Positions 8,010 through 16,195 of a DNA stretch of 29,279 bases are shown here, one piece after another; within the stretch, counting starts at the first letter, position 1; each line of letters starts with the position of its first letter. Both the position numbers and the translations under genes were made by a program. The DNA lies in IMG/VR virus record IMGVR_UViG_2917398303_000005, positions 1-29,279 of that record, one strand, 5' to 3'. This stretch comes from a virus. Its lineage: Duplodnaviria; Heunggongvirae; Uroviricota; Caudoviricetes. A model generated the notes under the pieces. The model saw only the letters and a list, made by a program, of their open reading frames with translations, had not been told where the DNA came from and made no database searches.

Positions 8010-8240
8010 ATGAGAATCAATATCACGTTGGATAAAGAACAAAAATTAGGGCAACAGATCATTGATGCTTTTCAGAATGAAATAACACATCGAGTACAAT
8101 GCGTTTTTCCTGCAATAAAAGTTAACGTCAAGAAAGGGTCAATGACTAGTGTAGAGGTTATCGGATTCGATAAAGAAGCAGACAAAGAAACATTAAGCGG
8201 CATATTACAAGAGATTTGGGAAGACGATAGCTGGCGTTAA
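8010..8240 (+). CDS. DinI-family protein (DinI-like / Tum C-terminal-like)
   Basis: 76 aa: MRINITLDKEQKLGQQIIDAFQNEITHRVQCVFP…ETLSGILQEIWEDDSWR. This parallels E. coli DinI (MRIEVTIAK…ISEILQETWESADDW) as I recall it. SOS-controlled through the upstream LexA box. Confidence 0.8.
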   Translation: MRINITLDKEQKLGQQIIDAFQNEITHRVQCVFPAIKVNVKKGSMTSVEVIGFDKEADKETLSGILQEIWEDDSWR

Positions 8241-8258
8241 ACATGATAACCGTGTTGG

Positions 8259-8315
8259 CGCAAAAACTAGCTTTTTGCGTCGACGGGGTTGAGTAACGAG
8301 CCCACGAGGCTTTAG
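8259..8315. repeat. repeat unit copy 1: 8-bp-stem hairpin plus conserved 34-mer
   Basis: Hairpin cgcaaaaa/ctagc/tttttgcg at 8259-8279, followed by GACGGGGTTGAGTAACGAGCCCACGAGGCTTTAG at 8282-8315. Matches copy 2 at 8686-8720 at roughly 85% identity by eye. Confidence 0.55.
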
Positions 8316-8439
8316 TCCGGCCTTTCAAAATTTCTCAATGTGCTATTGATGACACGCCAGTGATGAATGAGGCATGACCTGAGAGGGTTTTATAGTGGCG
8401 TTTTGACGGCACTGATTAAAATTCATTGAGGGTGATAAT

Positions 8440-8649
8440 ATGCATCGACTACCAGGTGAAATACCGCAGCACCAGACCAGAAATATTAAGTTAATGGCTA
8501 TCGTTCATCGCCTGCAGCAGATAATGGTCAATGAGAATTTGACACCCGCCGAGCTGGTCGGGTGCGCCGAAATAGTCAGGGATAATTGCGGCAAGCTGGA
8601 TAGCATCAGCAGACCGACAAAATACGCACCTCCACCACGTCGACGATAG
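8440..8649 (+). CDS. hypothetical small protein bracketed by the two repeat units
   Basis: 69-aa ORF with RBS GAGGGTG about 7 nt before ATG 8440. Arg/Pro-rich C-terminus. No recognisable motif. Confidence 0.4.
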   Translation: MHRLPGEIPQHQTRNIKLMAIVHRLQQIMVNENLTPAELVGCAEIVRDNCGKLDSISRPTKYAPPPRRR

Positions 8650-8659
8650 CAAACGTCGT

Positions 8660-8720
8660 CAGCGCTGAAACTCGCTTTCAGTGCTGACGGGGTTGAACAA
8701 CGAGCCCCGCGAGGCGTTAG
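8660..8720. repeat. repeat unit copy 2: 11-bp-stem hairpin plus conserved 35-mer
   Basis: Hairpin cagcgctgaaa/ctcgc/tttcagtgctg at 8660-8686, followed by GACGGGGTTGAACAACGAGCCCCGCGAGGCGTTAG at 8686-8720. It lies between convergent orf69 and orf143 and overlaps the orf143 stop. Confidence 0.55.
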
Positions 8721-9148
8721 CTGGTTACCAGATTGACACCGAGGGTAAGCAGGTTTGTCACCGCACCGGCAATCACTCCCGGCGTCCCGTCTTTCACTGC
8801 ACTGATAATCTTATCGCCCATTGTTTCATTACCGCCGAGCGCCTCGGGCTTTTTGTTAAGCACGGCGAGTGCTTTCTCGGTCAGGCGCACATCATAAAAA
8901 TAGGTCTGGTGGTCTGTTCCGTACTGGATGTAGCCGTTTTCACTGAGAAAAGTGAATGTACCCTCAACCACACTACGCAACTGATTCAGTGCGTTCATTT
9001 CTGGTGAGTTAAGTTGTTCAAAGTAGTCATCAGGTAGCGCGGCGTTAAATTTTTCGTAAGTAATGACCTGTGGCACCGGGAAGTTATCCCATAACACCGC
9101 AAAAACTTCCGCCGTCTGCTGGTTAAATAATTCGAGGTTTTTGGACAT
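8717..9148 (-). CDS. hypothetical accessory protein, reverse-oriented cargo gene at the P2 tin/old position
   Basis: 143-aa ORF with RBS AAGGGA about 8 nt upstream on the minus strand. Soluble-looking N-terminal ~110 aa plus a Gly-rich hydrophobic C-terminal tail (GTPGVIAGAVTNLLTLGVNLV). Opposite in orientation to the flanking genes. Confidence 0.6.
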   Translation of the reverse strand: MSKNLELFNQQTAEVFAVLWDNFPVPQVITYEKFNAALPDDYFEQLNSPEMNALNQLRSVVEGTFTFLSENGYIQYGTDHQTYFYDVRLTEKALAVLNKKPEALGGNETMGDKIISAVKDGTPGVIAGAVTNLLTLGVNLVTS

Positions 9149-9206
9149 GCATAATTCCCTTTCATCGATAGACCCGTTTGCCGATTGGGCAAAAAAGCTG
9201 ACTGTA

Positions 9207-9338
9207 ATGGCATCGAATAACGACCTGAGTTCTCGCGAGGTGGAAAGCTACACCGCAAAAATGGTCGACCAAGCCAGTAAAGATGAGCTTACGGTCGTTA
9301 TAAAACACCTGTTAAACCACATCAGAATGCACAAATAA
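9207..9338 (+). CDS. possible small ORF divergent from orf143
   Basis: In-frame ATGs at 9147 and 9207 within the 9063-9338 ORF; no convincing RBS. The 9147 start would overlap the orf143 start codon back to back. Protein from 9207: MASNNDLSSREVESYTAKMVDQASKDELTVVIKHLLNHIRMHK. Confidence 0.3.
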   Translation: MASNNDLSSREVESYTAKMVDQASKDELTVVIKHLLNHIRMHK

Positions 9339-9664
9339 AAGGATCTATATCAATATGTTATCTCTCGTTTATGAAAATCCGTGGACGACGATTTTTCTGC
9401 TGATTGTTGCCAGTATGTGCCTCAATAGTGTTATTGGCGCATTGCGCGGCCAGTAATCGCGACAAAACCAGACCCAAACCGGCACCCTGAATGCCGGTTT
9501 TTTTATGCCATTTTCCCGCGATTTCCCCGTTTTTTAGCCGTGCATGCAACAGGTGCATGGTTTTGCATGCGTCGGGGTTGCCCGTTCTGGTCGTGCGCCG
9601 CCAGTGCTGGCGCGGATTCAGAGTGGTCATGCAACTGCATTAAAACCGACCCATAAAGCGGGCA

Positions 9665-9683
9665 GGCGTGGCGGGGAAAGCAT
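9665..9683. other. cos site, 19-nt cohesive-end sequence (186-type)
   Basis: GGCGTGGCGGGGAAAGCAT matches my recollection of the phage 186 cohesive end (P2: GGCGAGGCGGGGAAAGCAC). It is where cos is expected, between the accessory locus and portal gene Q. Confidence 0.55.
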
Positions 9684-9822
9684 TGCGCGCCAGCGGTGGT
9701 GCGTAATAATAAAAATTATCCTCTGAGCGCGTCGTGATGGCGCTGTAGTGGATGCTGTCGGCTCGTTGGTGGTCTGGTGTGGCCGTGCGCGTGTGGTGCG
9801 TCTGAGGAGTGATGATAGCGGG

Positions 9823-9849
9823 GTATGAAAAAGCCGCCATGCTGGCGGC
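9823..9849 (-). terminator. intrinsic terminator after Q (minus strand)
   Basis: Perfect 7-bp GC-rich stem gccgcca/tgc/tggcggc at 9833-9849, followed on the minus strand by UUUUU (plus-strand A-run 9828-9832), right after the Q stop at 9860-9862. Confidence 0.6.
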
Positions 9850-9859
9850 TTGAGGGGGA

Positions 9860-10906
9860 TTATTCCGGGTTGTCTAGGGTGTACTCTTTGAATCTGATGA
9901 CCTCCATGCCGAGCCAGTCGTTTACCTCCCTGAACCTGTCCTGCAGGGGTGACAGCTCATTACGAACGAATACCTTTGCTACCTTCTCAACGTCACCGAG
10001 TGAACCGATATTCTCGGGCTTGCCGCCCATGAGCTGGAACGGTACGCGGTGCGCGTCCATCAGGTCGGCGGCACTGGCTTTCTTGATGTTGAAAAAGTCA
10101 TCCTTTGTGGCTACCTCGCTTAGTGGCACGATTTTGATGCCGTCCGGTTTTCCACCAGGAGCGTAGAAAAACAGGTTCTTAAAGTTGCCGAGCCCTTTTG
10201 AGTTGCGCATCGCCTCGCGCAGCGATTCGACGTCGGTCGCGCTCTGTGCCGGGTCGGTCACATACATGATGTAACCTGCATGCGCGCCGTTCTGGTAATA
10301 CTTGCGGCGGAACAGTGTCGCGGATTCATTCAGCCAGGCGGAATTAAGCGCGCTGAGATATTCGGGCAGACCGTAAATCTCCTGATTAATATCGGGCTCC
10401 AGCAGGTGAAACACGGTATTAGGGGCGAACTCGTGAGGCTGAGTGAAGTTTTCCACAAACCAGAAAATCGAATCGTCGACCCCGCGGCGGGTGTATTTGG
10501 CCGGTGAAGCCAGTAGCTTGATTAACCGGCCGGTGACGCTGTGGCGCTGCTCAAGAAAGGCGTTGCCGAATACCAGATAGTCGAGCGCAAAGCGGCTGAA
10601 ATCCTGACGTGACAGAAGCGGGTGTGGAATGTAGGTGCTCGCGAGCACGTTGCGTTTAACGTAAATCGGCGAGCTGTGATGTACGGCAGAGCGAAGGCTC
10701 TTTGCCAGTCCGGAAAAGCTGACCGGCGGCTCGTACCATTTGCCGTTACTGATGCACTCAACGTAATCCAAAATATCGCGCTTATCGAGTACCGGCACAG
10801 GCTCACCGAAGGTGAACGCTGTCGTTTTTGGTGGTGCGCTGGCGGTTAGTTGTTGTGGCTTGCTGGCCTTCTGCGCAGCGGCTTTACGGGATTTTTGTTT
10901 ACCCAT
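9860..10906 (-). CDS. Q: portal protein (P2 gpQ-like)
   Basis: 348 aa. MGKQKSRKAAAQKASKPQQLTASAPPKTTAFTFGEPVPVLDKRDILDYVEC… closely parallels P2 gpQ in sequence and size. Adjacent to cos and co-oriented with terminase. Confidence 0.9.
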   Translation of the reverse strand: MGKQKSRKAAAQKASKPQQLTASAPPKTTAFTFGEPVPVLDKRDILDYVECISNGKWYEPPVSFSGLAKSLRSAVHHSSPIYVKRNVLASTYIPHPLLSRQDFSRFALDYLVFGNAFLEQRHSVTGRLIKLLASPAKYTRRGVDDSIFWFVENFTQPHEFAPNTVFHLLEPDINQEIYGLPEYLSALNSAWLNESATLFRRKYYQNGAHAGYIMYVTDPAQSATDVESLREAMRNSKGLGNFKNLFFYAPGGKPDGIKIVPLSEVATKDDFFNIKKASAADLMDAHRVPFQLMGGKPENIGSLGDVEKVAKVFVRNELSPLQDRFREVNDWLGMEVIRFKEYTLDNPE

Positions 10907-10907
10907 T

Positions 10908-12676
10908 TTAGTTGAACTCCAGAATAGATTTAGGCTGCATGCCGCTACCGGCGGAAAGTGGTTCGTTTAACAGGGCGTGCATGGTCGCCCATGCGATATC
11001 GGCGTGACTGGCTTCCTCGGTGCGACTGGCCTCATAGGTGGCGCTGCGCCCGCTGCTGGTCATGGTTTTGCGGATGGACATAAACGACTGCGTGACGTCG
11101 GTCGCCCCGGCGTCATACTCCAGACAGCCACGGCGAATAGTGTCTTTTGCCTTGAGCACCATCGCGGTTTTCATTTCAGGCGTGTAACGGATGCCGCGTG
11201 CCGCCGGGTAGAATGAGCGCACCAACTGGAAAACGCCGAGGCCGAGCCGGTTGCGTCAATGCCGATGTATTCGACGTTGTATTTCTCGGTCAGCTTGCGG
11301 ATGCCCTCAGCCTGCGCGGCAAAGTCCATGCCTTTCCACTGATGACGCTCCAGCATGCGGAACTTGCCACCCGAGACCACCGGCGGCGCGAGCACGACGC
11401 ACCCGGCACAGTCGCCAGTATGTGACGGGTCGTAGCCAATCCAGACCGGGCGTGAGCCGAAAGGATGGTCGGCGAACGGGGCAAAGTCCTCCCATTCTTC
11501 CATCACGTCGACCATGCAGCGCTGTAGTTCCTCGAACGGGAATACCGACGCTTTATCGTCGACAAACTCGCACATAAACAGGTTTTTAAAGTCCTCATCA
11601 CTGTTTTCGCGTTTGAGCTGGTCGAGGTCGAACAGGGTACAGCCACCGGCAAGGGCGTCCTCAATGGTGACAATCTGCCGCCACTGTCCATCGTCGCAGA
11701 GCTGACCACCGGCGAGCGCGTTGTGACTGATGTCGATTTCGATGCGGTCTGCAATACGGCTGCGCCCCTTGTTGAACAGCTCACCAGACCAGAAGGGGTA
11801 AGCGCCGTGCGCCAGCGTGGACGGTGTCGAACAGTAGGTTGAGCGCAGGTGCTTCTGCGAGGCCATGCCCGACGCGACTTTGCGCAGCTTCTGAAAATTC
11901 GGGATCCAGAATATTTCATCGACATACAGGTCGCCGTTATGGCTCTGCGCGGTGTTGGAATTGGTACCGAGAAAAATCAGCTTTGCGCCGTTGTTGCCGA
12001 TGACAATCGGGTCGCCGGTCAGGTCGACGTCGACCAGCCGCGCAAACTGGATGATGTACTCGCGGAACACGTAAGCCTGCGTTTTACTGGCCGACAAAAA
12101 TATCTGGTTGTGGCCGGTCTTGAGCGCGCGCAGCAGCGCCTCGCGGGAGAAATAGAACGTCGCGCCAATCTGGCGGGATTTGAGAATATCGCGAATACGG
12201 TGCGCCAGCCCTGCGCGGTACCACTGCAACTGGTACTCGAAAGACTGGTCGAAAAATAGTTCCTCCAGTTTCTCGATAGCCTCGTCGCTGAAAAAGTTCT
12301 TTTTCGGCTTTTTACGCTCGCCTTTGTTGCGGTTGGCGACATTGGGGTTTAGGTCGACCTCGTTGCCGGTCTGGCTGTAGCGGTTAACGCGCGCCAGTCG
12401 CTCAATCTGCCGCCCGAGCAGGTCAATTTCTTTGAAATCGCCGCCTGACTTTTGCGGCTTGGCGATGAGATGAATCAGGCGCGCCTCAAGGCTGCTTTCG
12501 ACGCGGGAAATCGGTGCGATACCGTCCCAGCCGTCGCGCTGCTTCCAGCTCTGCACGGTCGGGCGCTTGACCTGCAGCATTTCGGCAATCTGTGGCACGG
12601 AAAAGCCCTGCCAGTAAAGCAGCGATGCCTGCCGTCGCGGGTCATGCAACAAGGTTGTATCGGTGGAAATGGTCAT
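10908..12676 (-). pseudogene. P: terminase large (ATPase) subunit, P2 gpP-like, interrupted by a 1-nt frameshift near 11240-11250 (or a sequencing error)
   Basis: A 501-aa ORF (11171-12676) and a 105-aa ORF (10908-11225, VRSFYPAARGIRYTPEMKTAMVLKAKD…) are in different frames and together give about 589 aa (P2 gpP is about 590 aa). After …YIGIDATG the first frame turns into an unconvincing SASAFSSWCAHSTRRHAASVTRLK tail, while the second reads LGLGVFQLVRSFYP…. Confidence 0.7.
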
Positions 12677-12841
12677 TGATGCCTCGCCGTAGTGGATTCA
12701 GGGCAAGGCTACTTAATGGCCGTCAGTGATTCGCTAAGGTGCTGTTGTGTGGGCGGTTGTCCAGTCGTCATTGGTGGTCTGGCGTGTCCTGAGTCTGGAA
12801 ACTGGCGGTGACCAGTAACCCCAACCTCAGGACTCCTGACA
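12677..12841. promoter_or_regulatory. divergent late promoter region (P/Q leftward, O-N-M-L rightward)
   Basis: 165-bp gap between divergent P and O, as in P2 where Ogr-dependent late promoters sit here. I could not find a convincing TGT-N12-ACA activator site by eye. Confidence 0.4.
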
Positions 12842-13696
12842 ATGGCAAAAAAAGTCTCAAAATTCTTTCGCATCGGCGTCGAGGGTGACACCTGCGACGG
12901 CCGCATTATCAGCGGTAACGATATTCAGGAAATGGCCGAATCGTTTGACCCTCGTGTCTACGGTTGCCGCATTAACCTTGAACATATTCGCGGTCTCTTC
13001 CCCGATGGTGACTTCAAACGTTTAGGCGATGTGGTTGAGCTGAAAGCCGAGAAAATTGACGACGATTCTGCGCTTAACGGCAAATGGGCGTTGTTCGCCA
13101 GAATCACCCCGACCGATGACCTGATTGCGATGAATAAAAAATTGCAGAAGGTCTACACCTCAATGGAAATTCAGCCGAATTTTGCCAATACCGGCAAATG
13201 CTACCTCGTCGGCCTTGCGGTCACCGATGACCCGGCGAGCCTCGGCACTGAATACCTCGAATTCTGCCGCAACGCGAAGCACAACCCGCTGCAGCGCTTT
13301 AAGGCCAACCCTGAAAACGTCTTTTCCGCCGCCACGCTGGCCGAGCTGGAATTTGAAGACGTTCCCGACACGGTGCTCAACAGCCTGGCCGATAAGGTGA
13401 AAGCCATTTTCAGCCGTAAGCAGGTCAGCGACGATGCGCGCCTGAATGATGTGCATGAAGCGGTGACCACCGTCAGCGAACATGTGCAGACCAACCTGAC
13501 AAAACAGGACGAGCGCCTTTCCGCTATGGAAACCGCGTTTGCCTCCTTCAAACAGGAGCTGACCGGCAAGGTTGACGAAACCAGCCAGGCATTTTCCGCC
13601 CTGAAAGCCACCCTCGACAAAACAGAAAGTTTCAGCCAGCCGCGACGCACGAAAGCCAGCGGCGGTGGTGGCGATGAGCTGCTGACTGACTGCTGA
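12842..13696 (+). CDS. O: capsid scaffolding protein (P2 gpO-like)
   Basis: 284 aa. MAKKVSKFFRIGVEGDTCDGRIISG…TGKCYLVGLAVTDDPASLGTEYLEF… is collinear with P2 gpO. Confidence 0.9.
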   Translation: MAKKVSKFFRIGVEGDTCDGRIISGNDIQEMAESFDPRVYGCRINLEHIRGLFPDGDFKRLGDVVELKAEKIDDDSALNGKWALFARITPTDDLIAMNKKLQKVYTSMEIQPNFANTGKCYLVGLAVTDDPASLGTEYLEFCRNAKHNPLQRFKANPENVFSAATLAELEFEDVPDTVLNSLADKVKAIFSRKQVSDDARLNDVHEAVTTVSEHVQTNLTKQDERLSAMETAFASFKQELTGKVDETSQAFSALKATLDKTESFSQPRRTKASGGGGDELLTDC

Positions 13697-13771
13697 TAAA
13701 CCGCAGACCGAAACCGGGCGGTAACCCCGCCCAATGCTGTGACTAACCGATTAATTCAAACAGGAAATACT

Positions 13772-14839
13772 ATGCGTCAGGAAACCCGTTTTAAGTTCAA
13801 TGCCTATCTGACCCAGCTCGCCAAACTGAACGGCATCAGCGTTGATGATGTCAGCAAGAAATTCACCGTTGAGCCGTCCGTCACGCAAACGCTGATGAAC
13901 ACCGTGCAGGCGTCATCCGCATTTCTGCAGATGATTAACATTCTGCCGGTCGCAGAAATGAAGGGCGAGAAAATCGGCGTCGGTGTGACCGGCACCATCG
14001 CCAGCACGACCGACACATCAGGTGACAAGGAGCGCCAGACCGCAGATTTCACCGCGCTTGAGTCCAACAAGTACGAGTGCAACCAGATTAACTTTGACTT
14101 CCACCTGACCTATAAACGCCTCGACCTGTGGGCGCGTTTCCAGGACTTCCAGCGCCGTATTCGCGACGCCATTGTCCAGCGCCAGGCGCTCGATTTCATC
14201 ATGGCCGGGTTCAACGGTACCACCCGTGCTGACACCTCAGACCGCAGCAAAAACCCGATGCTGCAGGATGTGGCCGTCGGCTGGCTGCAGAAGTACCGCA
14301 ACGAAGCCCCGGCGCGCGTGATGAGCAAAATCACCGCTGAGGGCGGTAGCGTTATTTCTGACGTGATTCGCGTCGGTAAGAATGGCGACTATGAGAACCT
14401 CGACGCACTGGTGATGGACGGTACCAACACCCTGATTGACGAGATTTATCAGGATGACCCGAAACTCGTTGCTATCGTTGGCCGTAAGCTGCTGGCCGAC
14501 AAATATTTCCCGCTGGTGAACAAGCAGCAGGAAAACACCGAGTCGCTCGCGGCGGATATCATCATCAGCCAGAAGCGCATCGGCAACCTGCCTGCCGTGC
14601 GTGTGCCGTATTTCCCGGCGAATGCGGTATTCGTGACCACGCTGGAAAACCTCTCTGTCTACTTCATGGATGAGAGCCATCGCCGCAGCATTGATGAGAA
14701 CCCGAAAAAAGACCGTGTGGAAAACTACGAGTCGATGAACATCGACTATGTGGTCGAGGCGTATGCCGCCGGGTGCCTGCTGGAAAATATCACCCTGGGC
14801 GATTTCACCGCACCTGCAGCAACGGAAAGCGGAGCCTAA
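13772..14839 (+). CDS. N: major capsid protein (P2 gpN-like)
   Basis: 355 aa from ATG 13772. MRQETRFKFNAYLTQLAKLNGI… matches the P2 gpN N-terminus. The ORF-track start at 13739 is an upstream GTG. Confidence 0.9.
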   Translation: MRQETRFKFNAYLTQLAKLNGISVDDVSKKFTVEPSVTQTLMNTVQASSAFLQMINILPVAEMKGEKIGVGVTGTIASTTDTSGDKERQTADFTALESNKYECNQINFDFHLTYKRLDLWARFQDFQRRIRDAIVQRQALDFIMAGFNGTTRADTSDRSKNPMLQDVAVGWLQKYRNEAPARVMSKITAEGGSVISDVIRVGKNGDYENLDALVMDGTNTLIDEIYQDDPKLVAIVGRKLLADKYFPLVNKQQENTESLAADIIISQKRIGNLPAVRVPYFPANAVFVTTLENLSVYFMDESHRRSIDENPKKDRVENYESMNIDYVVEAYAAGCLLENITLGDFTAPAATESGA

Positions 14840-14842
14840 ACC

Positions 14843-15592
14843 ATGACGAGCCCCGCACAGCGTCACATGATGCGGGTCTCGGCCTCTCAAGCCGCGCAGC
14901 GGGAAAAAGCCCCGCTGCGCCACGCAACCGCCTATGAGCAGATGCTGGTTAAGCTGGCCGATGACCGCCGCACGTTAAAAAACATCCGTTCAAACGAACG
15001 TAAAGCCGAGAAAAAGCGCGAGCTGCTGCCGTTCTATGCGCCGTGGGTCGCCGGTGTGCTGGCTGATGGTCGTGGTGCGCAGGATGACATTGTTATGAGC
15101 GTCATGCTGTGGCGTCTCGATGCCGGTGATATCGCTGGCGCGCTGGAAATTGCCCCCTACGCGCTGAAATACGGCCTCACCTCAGACCATCGTCGCACCA
15201 CGCCTTACATGCTGGTTGAGGAGGTGGCGCTTGCGGCACTGCGCCTGCGCGATGCCGGTGAGCCTGTCGACCTCGTATTACTGTTGACCACCCTCAGCCT
15301 GACCGACGGCGCTGACGTTCCCGATATGGTGCGCGCTCGACTGCATAAGGTGACCGGCCTGACCCTGCGCGATGCCGGTCAGAGCGCCGAAGCGCTGACA
15401 CAGTTTCAGCGCGCGATGCAGCTCGACCGCAATGCCGGTGTGCGCAAAGAGATTGAGCGACTGGAGCGCGCATTGAAGCCAAAGCCAGAGGCAGCACCCC
15501 GTAAAACGACTAAACCGCGCACGCGCAAACCTGCCAACAAACCGGCGGCAAAGCGCGGGCGTCCACCAAAGGCGGTAAAAACCGCCGGTTAA
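14843..15592 (+). CDS. M: terminase small/endonuclease subunit (P2 gpM-like)
   Basis: 249 aa. MTSPAQRHMMRVSA… with a basic C-terminus KPRTRKPANKPAAKRGRPPK, collinear with P2 gpM. Confidence 0.9.
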   Translation: MTSPAQRHMMRVSASQAAQREKAPLRHATAYEQMLVKLADDRRTLKNIRSNERKAEKKRELLPFYAPWVAGVLADGRGAQDDIVMSVMLWRLDAGDIAGALEIAPYALKYGLTSDHRRTTPYMLVEEVALAALRLRDAGEPVDLVLLLTTLSLTDGADVPDMVRARLHKVTGLTLRDAGQSAEALTQFQRAMQLDRNAGVRKEIERLERALKPKPEAAPRKTTKPRTRKPANKPAAKRGRPPKAVKTAG

Positions 15593-15685
15593 CTGAACGC
15601 TCCCCGAGCCGGGCGGCACGCCGGTCAAAGCGGGTTTTGCCCCTGACAGCGACCGGCGTCCACCGCCCAACCTAATGAGGTTGTC

Positions 15686-16195
15686 ATGACAACAGTAATA
15701 CTGAATCAGCCCGACGAACCGCAGGACATACCGGGCGTGGTGATTCCCGCACCGGAAACGGGCGACGCAGTGATTAAAAACACGTTCTTTTTCCCTGATG
15801 TGGATCCGAAGCGGGTGCGCGAACTGATGCGCCTTGAGCAGACGGTTTCCGATGCGCGCCTGCGCAACGCCATCAAGACCGGCATGGCAGAAACCAATGC
15901 GGAGCTTTACGACTACCGGCTGCGCCAGATTGCCGCAGGGTTTAAGACACTGGCCGACGTGCCTGACGCCGAGGAAATCGACGGCGAGAATGTGCGAGTT
16001 TTCCACTACCTCAGCGCCGTGACGGCGATGGCGACAGCCACCCTGTATGAGCGTTATCGCGGGGTTGAGGCCACGGGCAAGGGTGACAAAAAAGCCGACA
16101 GCGTCGAAACCACCATTGATGACCTGTGGCGGGATATGCGCTGGTCGGTCTCGCGTCTGCAGGACAAGCCGCGCTGCATCGTGGGTCAGCTCTGA
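15686..16195 (+). CDS. L: head completion/stabilization protein (P2 gpL-like)
   Basis: 169 aa, matching P2 gpL in size and synteny. Its stop overlaps the X start (TGATG at 16193-16197). Confidence 0.85.
   Translation: MTTVILNQPDEPQDIPGVVIPAPETGDAVIKNTFFFPDVDPKRVRELMRLEQTVSDARLRNAIKTGMAETNAELYDYRLRQIAAGFKTLADVPDAEEIDGENVRVFHYLSAVTAMATATLYERYRGVEATGKGDKKADSVETTIDDLWRDMRWSVSRLQDKPRCIVGQL

Noticed and set aside
8241-8439. Possible CRISPR-like or tandem repeat array in the accessory locus
   Set aside because: Only two repeat copies, about 400 bp apart and with different hairpin sequences. There is no regular spacer-repeat periodicity, so this is not a CRISPR array.
9355-9457. An apparent 33-codon hydrophobic peptide that looked like a type I toxin-like small ORF
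   Set aside because: On recounting codons from the ATG, the frame hits a TGA after six codons (atg tta atc tct cgt tta tga). The hydrophobic reading came from mixing frames.
9358-9840. Minus-strand ORFs 9358-9630 and 9640-9840, and plus ORF 9544-9726, around cos
   Set aside because: They span the cos site and the Q terminator, have no RBS, and have Arg/His-rich translations. This GC-rich stretch is better explained as packaging and regulatory DNA.
11198-12380. Alternative-frame ORFs inside the terminase gene (11251-11577, 11503-11925, 11849-12259 and others)
   Set aside because: Embedded in or antisense to the terminase frame, whose translation carries the recognisable terminase content. 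Compositionally artefactual.
12677-12841. Ogr/B-type late activator binding sites (TGT-N12-ACA)
   Set aside because: I looked for the dyad in the P/O intergenic region and found no convincing match by eye. The region is reported only as a probable late promoter region.
13160-14923. Antisense ORFs across scaffold and capsid genes (13201-13734, 14237-14923)
   Set aside because: Opposite strand of highly conserved O and N coding sequence. Cys/His/Arg-rich junk translations.
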